A stretch of DNA of 64,000 nucleotides from positions 124,001 through 188,000 of the IMG/VR virus record IMGVR_UViG_3300037297_000066. The stretch is one strand, 5' to 3'. Below the pieces are notes generated by a model, which was given only the letters and a program-made list of their open reading frames with translations, searched no databases and was not told where the DNA came from. The position numbers were made by a program, and so were the translations under genes. This document shows, piece after piece, positions 1 to 9,088 of the stretch. How positions within the stretch are numbered: position 1 is the first letter of the stretch; every line of letters begins with the position of its first letter.

Positions 1-1
1 C

Positions 2-133
2 GGTGTATTGTCAGACAGTACGGAAAGAGATCTCCTCACCTGGGGGGATGACAAGTTCGACTACATCCTCCCCAACAACCGGTTGGAGGATCTTCCTGCC
101 CAGGTAGCCCGGATGCTTGAACAACTAGCGTGA
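2..133 (+). CDS. C-terminal fragment of probable deoxynucleoside monophosphate kinase (5' truncated by window)
   Basis: Frame 2 reads GVLSDSTERDLLTWGDDKFDYILPNNRLEDLPAQVARMLEQLA*, resembling the phage dNMP-kinase C-terminal SE..L...FD..I.N..LEDL..QV pattern. Confidence 0.5.
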   Translation, partial: GVLSDSTERDLLTWGDDKFDYILPNNRLEDLPAQVARMLEQLA

Positions 134-155
134 ATGACAGCTGTCAAACAGGTAG

Positions 156-407
156 ATGATGTCGGAGTACATCGACAAGAGAACGAAAATCACAGACGAT
201 AACGCTGCCGAGTGCGCAATGGCGTTGCGTTCGATGGAAAAGGATCGAGACAGCCTTGTCGAAAAACTGAGACACTACCCGATCGAGATGTGCTTCGGAG
301 GTCTGCGTTATGTGTTCTCTCAGGCAAACGAGTTGGATTCCCTTATTTCCCGACTTGACGTCTTGCTCACGGCCTACTGCGCTAAGAAGAGCAAGTCGAG
401 AGGTTAG
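156..407 (+). CDS. hypothetical protein
   Basis: 83 aa ORF in a co-oriented small-gene run. Confidence 0.6.
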   Translation: MMSEYIDKRTKITDDNAAECAMALRSMEKDRDSLVEKLRHYPIEMCFGGLRYVFSQANELDSLISRLDVLLTAYCAKKSKSRG

Positions 408-422
408 TTGTCAAACAGGGTG

Positions 423-611
423 ATGGTGATGGAATATAAGCTCTACTTGACTGAGGTGACTGTTGCAGGAAGCGAAGAATGGATTCCCTGCGGCGAACAC
501 CCAACGCAGGATCGTCAACTTGCGGAACGCCGGCATGAAGAATGGGCCCGTGGAAATCCGCATCTAGTGTTTCGGATAGCGTCGTTCTCTCGTGACGAGC
601 CGTCTAAGTAA
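423..611 (+). CDS. hypothetical protein
   Basis: Start re-called to ATG 423 (or 429) after a purine-rich tract. Confidence 0.55.
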   Translation: MVMEYKLYLTEVTVAGSEEWIPCGEHPTQDRQLAERRHEEWARGNPHLVFRIASFSRDEPSK

Positions 612-630
612 CCGTCAGAAAGGGAGACTG

Positions 631-762
631 ATGAAGACAGACGGAATACTGGGGCTCATCATCGTCCTGGCCGCGGCTGGACTGATGGTGACTACCTGCA
701 CAGCCGCCAACCGGATTGTGTGGAGCATCGAGGATGCTGCACGAATCTGTGCGCCCAAGTAA
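631..762 (+). CDS. small membrane/secreted protein (43 aa, not in ORF track)
   Basis: MKTDGILGLIIVLAAAGLMVTTC...; GGGAG RBS; fills the gap between neighbours. Confidence 0.55.
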   Translation: MKTDGILGLIIVLAAAGLMVTTCTAANRIVWSIEDAARICAPK

Positions 763-783
763 CTGTCAGACAGACGCAGGACC

Positions 784-1116
784 ATGAACCACTGGAAGTT
801 AGCTACCAACGAGTTCAAGCTGCCGTGGTACGTACAAGAACCCTACAACGGTTGTAATGGTGGACGGATGCAACACTCAGTCGTCGATGACGACGGGTGC
901 CTTGTGTGCGAGTGTGATGGTGAAGACGAAGGTCTACAGGTAGCCGTCGCCATCGTGACTGCAGCCAACCGCTCGGGGCCTCGTATCTGCCATCACTGCG
1001 GGAAGCCGGCAACGTGCTTCGGCTCTTATGAAGACAACCTGCATCCAGCCTTCGCCTGTGATGAGTGCTGTGGTCACGGCAACGAGGATGGTTGGTGTGA
1101 GCCAGTAGAGGAATAG
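784..1116 (+). CDS. hypothetical protein with C-terminal Cys/His (Zn-binding) cluster
   Basis: CHHCGKPATC...CDECCGH...C; AGGA RBS. Confidence 0.6.
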   Translation: MNHWKLATNEFKLPWYVQEPYNGCNGGRMQHSVVDDDGCLVCECDGEDEGLQVAVAIVTAANRSGPRICHHCGKPATCFGSYEDNLHPAFACDECCGHGNEDGWCEPVEE

Positions 1117-1124
1117 GAACTGTC

Positions 1125-1412
1125 GTGACGACTCCCGACCCAGAACGACCGTTTGAACCTGATTGGGCAAGCCCCCCAGGAGCCACCATCACTGATCTTA
1201 TGTTTGTACGTGGCGTGACACGAGCTAAGTTGGCTTCCCAGTTGGGGATCAACCTGCCAGAAGTAGACAAGCTGTTGTCGGGTGAACGCCATATGACGGC
1301 TTGTGACGCTTTGGGGTTGGAGGAAGTGTTTACGGTACCCGTGAGCTTCTGGTGCCGGCTTGAGGTTCAGTATCGCAAGACTCTTAAACGGCTTGAACAC
1401 AAGGCCGAGTGA
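1125..1412 (+). CDS. HigA-like XRE helix-turn-helix protein
   Basis: PDWASPPG..I.D......TRAKLASQLG.....DKLLSGERHMT...A..LE.VF..PVSFWCRLE.QY matches the HigA/addiction-antidote HTH pattern. Confidence 0.8.
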   Translation: MTTPDPERPFEPDWASPPGATITDLMFVRGVTRAKLASQLGINLPEVDKLLSGERHMTACDALGLEEVFTVPVSFWCRLEVQYRKTLKRLEHKAE

Positions 1413-2161
1413 CAATGAGTGAAGCAGTTGACACTTCAGTGACGTCTGAGAATCTGAGTGAACTCTTCGAAGAGCCCTCAATCGAAGACGCTGTTCAAGC
1501 ACGCAGGGGCTGGTACTACTCCCAAAAAGGTTTCGTGGATGAGTGGGATGAGTGGCACTCCAGTGACTACTGGGAGGCCGAACGAGTTCTGTGGGAAACC
1601 CCCTTACGAGGCATTCGTTCAAACCTCCGACAACACTACTACGGACTCCCTTGGTCAGCCCAGCTCAAATACAGGCTTACGATCTACGGTAAACGTGACA
1701 AGAACCGAAGACTTCGTCCTGTGAGGTTCACCCCTGAGCTCCGCTTCGGTCAAACTCGGATCTACCTACCCTCGGTCAACTGTGCCTCTTTGAAGACGGC
1801 GTTTCGAAGAGCCGACGCTCACCCTGAGTTGAAAGCCCGGGTCCGAGAGTTGATGAAAAAGGTCTATAGCAAGAGAGAAGCCGCCTGTGTCTTTCGAAGA
1901 GTGGGTGGGCACAAAGACACCCCCATACGTACAGCTTGGGAACGAGTACTGACAGGACCTCCAGAGTGGTGTCCCTGGGCTACCTTGTTTCACGCCTATG
2001 AAGACTCACTTTCCTGGCCCGAAGGGGAGTACCTAGTGTTTAGGTACAGCCGGGAGGGCCTCGTAAGGTCTTCCTACAAGATCACAGAGCACACCAGCAG
2101 CGGGGGACCTTGTAGGGAACCCGAACCCGATCTAGAGCCTTGGTTCAAATCAGAGGCATGA
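1409..2161 (+). CDS. hypothetical protein (contains RTAWERVL motif)
   Basis: 250 aa ORF, GTGA overlap with the upstream gene. Confidence 0.65.
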   Translation: MTMSEAVDTSVTSENLSELFEEPSIEDAVQARRGWYYSQKGFVDEWDEWHSSDYWEAERVLWETPLRGIRSNLRQHYYGLPWSAQLKYRLTIYGKRDKNRRLRPVRFTPELRFGQTRIYLPSVNCASLKTAFRRADAHPELKARVRELMKKVYSKREAACVFRRVGGHKDTPIRTAWERVLTGPPEWCPWATLFHAYEDSLSWPEGEYLVFRYSREGLVRSSYKITEHTSSGGPCREPEPDLEPWFKSEA

Positions 2162-2202
2162 AAAGGAACCCGTCACCCACTTAACCCATGGGCACAAGAG
2201 TC

Positions 2203-2343
2203 ATGGAAGCTAGCAAAAGCACAGGCACCCTGTTCGGCATCCTGCTCATCATGGCAGGCTACGCCATGGGCTCTTCCCATTGGAAAGTAGCCTTCTTCAT
2301 CCTGGCGGCCTCTTTCCTTATGCGGCAGTGGAAGATGATCTGA
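2203..2343 (+). CDS. small two-helix membrane protein (not in ORF track)
   Basis: MEASKSTGTLFGILLIMAGYAMGSSHWKVAFFILAASFLMRQWKMI*; TGATG overlap with the next gene. Confidence 0.5.
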   Translation: MEASKSTGTLFGILLIMAGYAMGSSHWKVAFFILAASFLMRQWKMI

Positions 2344-2816
2344 TGCCCACACCCGTGCAAGTTGGGCAACCCTTGCTGAAGAGCTACCTTGACGTAGACT
2401 TCTCCAATTTGCTAGACACCCAAGGAGAAAAGCCTTTCAAGCGGATCCCTGAGAGTCGAGGCACATTGTTGTTCATAGACCTGTTGCCTAACGTACCCTG
2501 GCCGCATCCTTGTCTTTGGGTTGTCATGGGCCACGAGGAAGGGTCTAAAGTAGGGTTTCGGCCTTGGAAATGGCCCCCTTGCCTAGAAGTTGAGATCGAA
2601 AAAGAAGACGACACACATCTACAAGAGGGGCTTGATGGTTTGGATATGGATCCGTGGCCTAGGCAACGTCGCCAATCCAAGAAGCGCCCCAAAGAGTTGC
2701 CTTTCGAAGAGTATCCCTTGACAGGCACACACTGTAGTGCTTGCGGAGAACCCCAACGCATGACTGATGGGGGGTTTTCTTGCAAGAACGGACATGGAGG
2801 AGCGCCCCCCAAATGA
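2343..2816 (+). CDS. hypothetical protein, C-terminal Zn ribbon
   Basis: CSACG...CKNGH at the C-terminus; start re-called by TGATG overlap. Confidence 0.6.
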   Translation: MPTPVQVGQPLLKSYLDVDFSNLLDTQGEKPFKRIPESRGTLLFIDLLPNVPWPHPCLWVVMGHEEGSKVGFRPWKWPPCLEVEIEKEDDTHLQEGLDGLDMDPWPRQRRQSKKRPKELPFEEYPLTGTHCSACGEPQRMTDGGFSCKNGHGGAPPK

Positions 2817-3073
2817 GTATCAAACAGACCTACTACTGTGACAACCCTGAGTGCAACCACAGCACTCAAGACCTGGACCCCTCGATACTAAACCACCAAG
2901 TAGTACGAAAGGGTTGGTCAGAAGTCACGGTCGTGAACCACAACGATCATGGCATCCGACGAACCTACCATTTCTGTTCTTCCTCTTGCATGATCAGGGG
3001 ACTACAGAAACACTTCGAAAAGGTCATCCAAGAAGAGGAGCTGGAAGCGCAAGAGCCTGCTCCCGTTCCCTAA
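2813..3073 (+). CDS. hypothetical Zn-finger protein
   Basis: YYCDNPEC...HFCSSSC; ATGA overlap. Confidence 0.6.
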   Translation: MSIKQTYYCDNPECNHSTQDLDPSILNHQVVRKGWSEVTVVNHNDHGIRRTYHFCSSSCMIRGLQKHFEKVIQEEELEAQEPAPVP

Positions 3074-3077
3074 AACC

Positions 3078-3434
3078 ATGGACAACCGCCTAGTCAAGGT
3101 TGTCATCCAAAGGGCTCTAACCCTAATGGAGGAAGAGGATCGTCCCCTCATTGAGGAGATCCAACGCTACCTGACAAGGGGTAATCTCCCCCATAGTTGC
3201 CAAAGCCGCTCCGAGTGGGGAGCGAGACTGAGTTTCAGGCTAGGGGGCCGGTTTGACTTCGATAAAGTCCAGGAAAGTCTGGACAACAGTTTGCTTCTCT
3301 TGGCGGCTATCAACGTCTGCCAAGAAGAGGAGGGGGTTCCGTTCCCCTCTCCTACCTCCCGAGCAGATGCCCACAGAAGGCTTCGAGAATGTTTCCCCAC
3401 CATGTGGGACCATCTCCTTCAAGATCCGGTGTAA
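3078..3434 (+). CDS. hypothetical protein with C-terminal PTMWDHLL motif
   Basis: 118 aa ORF, co-oriented. Confidence 0.65.
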   Translation: MDNRLVKVVIQRALTLMEEEDRPLIEEIQRYLTRGNLPHSCQSRSEWGARLSFRLGGRFDFDKVQESLDNSLLLLAAINVCQEEEGVPFPSPTSRADAHRRLRECFPTMWDHLLQDPV

Positions 3435-3443
3435 AGTACCCGT

Positions 3444-5180
3444 ATGGCGCATCGTGCAATCACTATCGACGACCGACGGACCCGGGATATGGACGATGCC
3501 ATTTGGGTCGAACAAAACCCTGATGGCTGGGAGCTCTTAGTCCACATCGCCAACGTGTCCAGGCTAGTCGAGAAGGACAGCCCCTTCGACACTACAGCTC
3601 AAAAGCGGGTAGCCACCCAGTATTACAGGGACGGCAATCGCCCCATGCTTCCCCGGAGCCTGAGTGAGGGAGAGGCTTCTCTCAAGCCTCAGGAGAGTCG
3701 AAGCGTCCTGACGATCAGGGCTTTTCTGGACACTTCCCTGGAGCTCCAGGAGACCAGTATCAGTACAGGCAGTGTCGTCAGCGTGGCCAAATTGTCCTAC
3801 GACGAGATCCCCGACCTGGTGAAGAAAGGATCCTTCTGCCTGCAAGCTGCTAGGACTCTAGCCTTCGGGCTTTTGGCCAAACGCCGAGACCAAGGAGCCC
3901 TCGTCCACTACGACCTGAACAACGGATGGTTGACCACTGAAGAAGGGCATCTCAAAAGGATCGAACGCAAGGAAGATGTGGTGGGTCACATCATCATCCA
4001 GGAGCTGATGGTGTTAGCCAACAGCCTCGTGGCTCAAGAAGCAGTGAAGAACGACATCCCCATCCTGTTCCGAAACCATCAAGCCAAAGCGGCGGCCCCC
4101 GACCGACGGGATCTCATGGATCAGATCAACGCAGCCATGATCTCCCCCCTCACCGAGCTGGAACGAATTCGGTTGCAGGTGCACATGTTGCTCGAACGAG
4201 CTCAGTACGATGTGGTTCTCCGGGGGCACTATGGACTCAACCTTCCGGCCTACACCCATTTCACGAGTCCCATCCGCCGATTCGCTGATCTGGCCAACCA
4301 TCGCCAAATCAGGGCACACCTCACAGGAGCCTCCCTCCCCTACACTCGGGAAGAGCTGGAGGCCATAGGAGCCCACATCAACCAGGTAGACGAACAACTC
4401 CGAGAGAAGGTCTCCGAGAAGGCCAAGGCAGGAGCCAACGAGAGAGCCCAACGACGTCTCGAAAGAGGCACCTTGCGCACTCTAGGAGCTAAGGGATTCG
4501 AACGAGTGGTCAAGGTGGCCCTTCGAAGTGGAGAGGACCTCCCAGAGGAACTGGACGCAGAGTATCGAGAGAGGATTCGAGAAGGGGATGTCCCCCTCAT
4601 CTGCAAGACCGTCCTGGTCGTGAGTCACCTGAAACACCCCAAATGGCAGGCTCTACGACGCCACATGGTCGAAAGACTGTCTATACAGGATGCAGTCAGC
4701 CTCCTGGCTCAAGCTTCCCAAATCCAACCAGACTGGGGGGAAGTGGAGTATCGGGAAGGCGCATCAGTGTCCGAGGGGGTGTTCTCAGTAGTTGCAGGTC
4801 TAGGAGCTTACGATGGGTGGGGATACCACCAGACCAAAAAGGGGGCTCAACAACGAGCAGCCTACAAGCTCATAGCGTCCCTCTGCGGCTTCCAGGTGGC
4901 TTACGACAATACCGAAGCTCCCCTGGCACCCCCAGAAGCCAAAGACCCTCAGAAGCCGGCTGTGGGGGTCCAGAACCCTGTCTCAGCCCTACAGGAATTC
5001 TACCAACAGGCCGGCCGACCTTTACCCCAATACACGTTCCAACGAAATGGCCCCGATCACGTGCCTACCATCACCTGCCAGTGCACGTTCGGAGGACAAT
5101 CCGTAGAGGTACAGGGCAGATCGAAGAAGGCCGCTAAAGCAGCTGCGGCGGCCAAAGCCATCAAGCTCCTTCATGTCTGA
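3444..5180 (+). CDS. RNB (RNase II/R-family) exoribonuclease fused to two C-terminal dsRNA-binding domains
   Basis: TIDD..TRDMDDA catalytic motif, VHIANVS, YTHFTSPIRRFADL..HRQ; dsRBD motifs TKKGAQQRAA and NPVSALQE..Q...P.Y....GPDH.P....GRSKKAAKAAAA. Confidence 0.92.
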   Translation: MAHRAITIDDRRTRDMDDAIWVEQNPDGWELLVHIANVSRLVEKDSPFDTTAQKRVATQYYRDGNRPMLPRSLSEGEASLKPQESRSVLTIRAFLDTSLELQETSISTGSVVSVAKLSYDEIPDLVKKGSFCLQAARTLAFGLLAKRRDQGALVHYDLNNGWLTTEEGHLKRIERKEDVVGHIIIQELMVLANSLVAQEAVKNDIPILFRNHQAKAAAPDRRDLMDQINAAMISPLTELERIRLQVHMLLERAQYDVVLRGHYGLNLPAYTHFTSPIRRFADLANHRQIRAHLTGASLPYTREELEAIGAHINQVDEQLREKVSEKAKAGANERAQRRLERGTLRTLGAKGFERVVKVALRSGEDLPEELDAEYRERIREGDVPLICKTVLVVSHLKHPKWQALRRHMVERLSIQDAVSLLAQASQIQPDWGEVEYREGASVSEGVFSVVAGLGAYDGWGYHQTKKGAQQRAAYKLIASLCGFQVAYDNTEAPLAPPEAKDPQKPAVGVQNPVSALQEFYQQAGRPLPQYTFQRNGPDHVPTITCQCTFGGQSVEVQGRSKKAAKAAAAAKAIKLLHV

Positions 5181-5592
5181 CTCCGACGATCTGCAGGAGT
5201 ACTGGCAAGACCTCAACCCGGGGCCTTCCAAACCTCCTCCCCGCAAGTGCTGCATTTGTGGCCTAACCGAACCGAGCTACGCAAGGATCCGAGAACGGCA
5301 AGGAGACAAGGGGAGCTACCCTGAAGACGGGTTCATCCTCATCCAAGCCCACACCGGACTAGACACCACGTGGGACCAGCTGGTCTGCATCTGGTGTCAC
5401 TCATATCTGTACGGCTACTTCCGGGACAAGCTGATAACCGAGGTGGAAGAGAAGGTTCGCAACCGGATCTGTGCAGAGATGTCCAACGAGATCTCAGAGC
5501 TGTTCAAGAAGTACAGAACGGACATTACGGCAGATGTCACTACTATCTTCAACGGGGTCAAGGTGCCGAAAGGTAAAACTCCGCCGTTCTGA
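5173..5592 (+). CDS. hypothetical protein with CxxC...CxxC
   Basis: CCICG...CIWC; overlaps the upstream stop. Confidence 0.6.
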   Translation: MSDSDDLQEYWQDLNPGPSKPPPRKCCICGLTEPSYARIRERQGDKGSYPEDGFILIQAHTGLDTTWDQLVCIWCHSYLYGYFRDKLITEVEEKVRNRICAEMSNEISELFKKYRTDITADVTTIFNGVKVPKGKTPPF

Positions 5593-5616
5593 CAGTCGAA
5601 CGGTGTACAGTGGAGT

Positions 5617-5847
5617 GTGGAACCCCTGCCTGAAAGACTGCTGGCTATCTCCATCCGTATCGTGAGAGCCAGAGCGGCCTACCAGAGAAGCCAAGAGAAG
5701 CGCTTTGCAAGGGATTACCAGACAGCCCTCAGAGAGTTCCGCCAGTTGGTACCTTCTGTCAGTGCCCACGATGCGACTCGACTAGCCGCCGTTCTCGTAG
5801 ACTTGGCAGGGACCAAGCTTCGACAAGAACTAGGGTTGATGGGGTAA
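5617..5847 (+). CDS. hypothetical protein, similar to N-terminus of 8263..8997
   Basis: VRA...R.....PS.S..DA..LA shared; GGTGTACAGT 5 nt upstream. Confidence 0.6.
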   Translation: MEPLPERLLAISIRIVRARAAYQRSQEKRFARDYQTALREFRQLVPSVSAHDATRLAAVLVDLAGTKLRQELGLMG

Positions 5848-6528
5848 GCGGTTCTCCCAAAGGATGTCCAGCCGCTTCATGGCCTCTCGAATGAGCTTTC
5901 GTTGTCTCTCGATCTCCTCTTTTCCGATACGCTCTGTGAGGGCTTTGACAGAAGGGGATCTATCGCTACTTCCTCTCCGAATCCCGTATTTTCGACAGTC
6001 AGAATCCTTGAGGATGTAGACGTACTTTCCTTGTCGCTGGCCTCGGGTGAAATGGAGCCTCTCGCTTCCAATCACCATCCTGGTGAGGGAACTTCGAATG
6101 TCAGCGTAAGGGTTCTTGAGAATCCCGTACTTATCCACGATCCGCCACTGAGAGCCACACTCCACCTTTTTGAGGGCTACCGGGCATCGCTCGTAGTTGT
6201 CGTAAACGTAGTAGGGAACAGGCCAAGGGGCCTTGAAGTATTTGTACTCCCCTCGTCCGAACACGGTGCACTTGCGGCCGATCTTGAGAGCCATCCAGTG
6301 CACCACGACGTAGGCATAGTCTCGCTCCAAGCCCATGACCGCCCCGTACCGGATGCCCAAGGCCAAAGGATCCTTGATCAAAAGAGGGCCGCCCTCCAAG
6401 ACCTCGGAGGTGTAGCGGTACTTGGTTCCCACCAGCTTGTCCCAGGTGACTAGGTTTCTCTGCATGAACTCAAGCATCTCGTCCTTGAGTTTTCGGCTTC
6501 TGGCGACTACGTGAATGCTGTACCCCAT
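5830..6528 (-). CDS. hypothetical protein
   Basis: 232 aa ORF, GGAG RBS. Confidence 0.65.
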   Translation of the reverse strand: MGYSIHVVARSRKLKDEMLEFMQRNLVTWDKLVGTKYRYTSEVLEGGPLLIKDPLALGIRYGAVMGLERDYAYVVVHWMALKIGRKCTVFGRGEYKYFKAPWPVPYYVYDNYERCPVALKKVECGSQWRIVDKYGILKNPYADIRSSLTRMVIGSERLHFTRGQRQGKYVYILKDSDCRKYGIRRGSSDRSPSVKALTERIGKEEIERQRKLIREAMKRLDILWENRLPHQP

Positions 6529-6531
6529 GGC

Positions 6532-6780
6532 TCACTCCGTTTTGGGGGTAGTGGAAGGGTGGGGGACTTCGGGATGAGTGGGCATCGCTGGACGATAGGG
6601 CCCCAGGCTCTTCAACTGCTCTACCCGGTCGAGAACTTCTCGAAGCAAAGGCACCGACAGGAGGCCCTTGCTTTTCATTTCCACGAGCTCGGTCCGGGGG
6701 TTCGCTTCCAATAGAACCTCTTCCCCCATCTGGATGACAACAACGGGCCCAAAGTCAGTGTCTCGTTCCAAGACCTTCAT
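6532..6780 (-). CDS. hypothetical protein
   Basis: Start re-called to ATG 7 nt after GGTGTACAGT (MKVLERDTDF...). Confidence 0.55.
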   Translation of the reverse strand: MKVLERDTDFGPVVVIQMGEEVLLEANPRTELVEMKSKGLLSVPLLREVLDRVEQLKSLGPYRPAMPTHPEVPHPSTTPKTE

Positions 6781-6787
6781 ACCCTGG

Positions 6788-6814
6788 ACTGTACACCAAC
6801 TCTCGGTGTATGGT
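6788..6814. promoter_or_regulatory. back-to-back divergent GGTGTAnnGT promoter motifs
   Basis: GGTGTACAGT on minus (6788-6797) and GGTGTATGGT on plus (6805-6814) between divergent genes; representative of about 21 copies. Confidence 0.7.
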
Positions 6815-6834
6815 GCCCCAGATAAGGAGACCCC

Positions 6835-7098
6835 ATGAACCCTGGAAATCGTATCCCGATGACCAAAGCTGAACTGGTTAAGCTCCAACCGGGGGATCAG
6901 GTGGTGGTTTACTGGGCCAAGGACGATAACCCTGAGTATGTACGGTGTGATTTTGAGACTCAGACCGTTCTCCAATACAACCCTGAGCGACAGGAACTGG
7001 TCGTAGAGGAAGGTTACGAGTGGTACCTGAATCGTATGGAGGATGATGACACTAGCGAAAATACGAGTCGGGGCTACGCCTACTTTTTTCGTCCTTAA
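6835..7098 (+). CDS. hypothetical protein
   Basis: AAGGAG RBS; GGTGTATGGT motif upstream. Confidence 0.65.
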   Translation: MNPGNRIPMTKAELVKLQPGDQVVVYWAKDDNPEYVRCDFETQTVLQYNPERQELVVEEGYEWYLNRMEDDDTSENTSRGYAYFFRP

Positions 7099-7131
7099 AT
7101 TTCTTGACCTACCTTCTCAGTCAAGGTAAGG

Positions 7132-8259
7132 GTGAGGAGTGACGGTCATTCGGACCGTCCTGTAGCTGATTTGATTCAGCTGGGTCTTCATCGCCCAGGA
7201 GGTGCTCAAGTGTGTTTTACGAAATCAGTTTACACCGCCGCTGACGACTTCTTGACTGAGGTGCTCCGGCGAGTTCCCAACGCAGCTCTGGTAAAGGTTT
7301 GGGGAGACATCGTTCTGCAGTCTCTTGTGACGGAAACGTTCGGAGAAGGCAGCAACACCAGGATCGGTAGGAAAACCCAAGAGCAGATGCGGCAACTGCT
7401 GCGTCGAATGAGCTACCGACTACCTACGGATAAGCAATGGCCTCTCCTCCTAGGGGGACAGGAGCCGGAGAGTAAGGGCAAACTTAAAAGCTTGTCCTCG
7501 GCCCCCGTACGAATCGTGCGGAAAAGACTCCTGGAAAACGTGATGCCCTTGTGTTCCAAGGCCACGATGGCCGAGATCATCAAGGAAGCGTGCTGTGCCT
7601 CTCAATCCCGACTTCAGGGAGACGATCAAGGGAGAGTTCGTAGGGAGTTTTTCCGTCCTCTGGCCGAAGACTTCATAGCTCGGGGTGGGGAGCCCACGAA
7701 GTCTTTGGTCATAACGGTGGATCTAGAATCCGAGTCTGTTCAGCTGAAACTCCCGATAGAAGATCCTGAAGAGGAAGCTCCTGATGAAGCTACGGCCTCA
7801 AGTCCCGATGGTCTTTCCTTCCACATTCCGACTTTCGACGAGTACGCCGAAGTCTTCTCAAAGTACCCTTACGTTCAGCCAGTCTGGTTCGAAGGACGTA
7901 TGGTATTGGCCATCGGGTCAGCCCAAACTCGGTCTGATAGTAACCGGTTGTACCGACGCACTTGTGAAGTGGATCTCAACGATGGGGGAGGAAGACTGCT
8001 ATTCAAGCGTCTCATCACACCCTACTGCCGCCCTTTGAAGCGGGAGGAGGGCGACCGGCACTTGATCCTAAAGCTAGTACCCTTCCGACCCGGAACTAGA
8101 ATCCGCTTCTGGACCAACGTCAAAGATGAGGGCGATATCGAGCTCTACTATCGGTATCTCCTCATTACGGATGACCCCACACAACCTATCAAGCACTACC
8201 TCTCAGTCTCCCAATTGGACGAGGCTTACGCAGAGCTTACCAACCGACTAAAGGGGTAG
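7132..8259 (+). CDS. hypothetical protein
   Basis: 375 aa ORF; start uncertain. Confidence 0.65.
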   Translation: MRSDGHSDRPVADLIQLGLHRPGGAQVCFTKSVYTAADDFLTEVLRRVPNAALVKVWGDIVLQSLVTETFGEGSNTRIGRKTQEQMRQLLRRMSYRLPTDKQWPLLLGGQEPESKGKLKSLSSAPVRIVRKRLLENVMPLCSKATMAEIIKEACCASQSRLQGDDQGRVRREFFRPLAEDFIARGGEPTKSLVITVDLESESVQLKLPIEDPEEEAPDEATASSPDGLSFHIPTFDEYAEVFSKYPYVQPVWFEGRMVLAIGSAQTRSDSNRLYRRTCEVDLNDGGGRLLFKRLITPYCRPLKREEGDRHLILKLVPFRPGTRIRFWTNVKDEGDIELYYRYLLITDDPTQPIKHYLSVSQLDEAYAELTNRLKG

Positions 8260-8262
8260 GTT

Positions 8263-8997
8263 ATGAACCCGTGGCTCATCTTGTTGGATGACGTTATCTA
8301 CCAGTCTGCCAAGCTGGTGAGGGCTCAAACAGCTAATGCAAGGGAGCCCCGTCTGGAGCACGAAGTACTGATAAAGGACGCTACTAGACGCCTACAGATC
8401 CATCTTCCTAGCCTCAGTCCTAAAGATGCTAGAAAGATGGCCACCCTTTTCTTCGAGCAGAATGCCTGTGTTGTGAGGGCCATACTAGGTCTGGCCCTCC
8501 CCAGACTCATTGCACAAAAGGTGGCCAAAAAAGGCATTCCCAAAGGGGTAAAACGGAGCTCGTCAAAAGTCTCTCAAGAGGGGATACACCTCCCTCTTAA
8601 CATCATTGTTCCTCTCCTTCTGGGAGACGACAAACTCACGACTCACCAGATCCTAAAGAAGCTGAAAGAGAAGGGTTTCTGGTACGCCAATCTAGCCGGC
8701 CGAGAAACCTCTAGCCTCCGAGACGCTCTCAAGAACTGCAACAGTCTGACTTGGGAAAGACAGCTGGTTGGTAAACGGAAGCGTCGCCTGTTCTTCTTCT
8801 GTCTACCCGAGCTGACAAGTATCGAGAAGCGGAAACGATGGGTGGCCTTTCGAGCTAGCCAGCCGGTGACCATCAAGACCTTGGTGACAGAGTACGAAAA
8901 GCTCACTGGGGAGACCTTGCATCGACGAAGCTTCCACCGTGACCTAGTCAGCCTTAGAGCCAAGCCTGTAGAAGACGGTAAATGGCAGGTGCCTTGA
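8263..8997 (+). CDS. basic hypothetical protein, possibly DNA-binding (HTH-like C-terminal part)
   Basis: 244 aa, Lys/Arg rich; N-terminus related to 5617..5847. Confidence 0.55.
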   Translation: MNPWLILLDDVIYQSAKLVRAQTANAREPRLEHEVLIKDATRRLQIHLPSLSPKDARKMATLFFEQNACVVRAILGLALPRLIAQKVAKKGIPKGVKRSSSKVSQEGIHLPLNIIVPLLLGDDKLTTHQILKKLKEKGFWYANLAGRETSSLRDALKNCNSLTWERQLVGKRKRRLFFFCLPELTSIEKRKRWVAFRASQPVTIKTLVTEYEKLTGETLHRRSFHRDLVSLRAKPVEDGKWQVP

Positions 8998-9088
8998 AAT
9001 AACCTCCCTTTGACGCAGCCACTCGGTGTACAGTCCTCTCACGCATTGATCCGAGCAACCCTCGGGTAACGAACGAAAGGGACCCACC

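Noticed and set aside
9-18. TGTCAGACAG at the window start as another junction motif
   Set aside because: It lies inside the probable dNMP-kinase coding frame and is likely coincidental.
1125-1412. Complete HigBA toxin-antitoxin module
   Set aside because: Neighbouring ORFs show no RelE/HigB-like features; only the HTH is supported.
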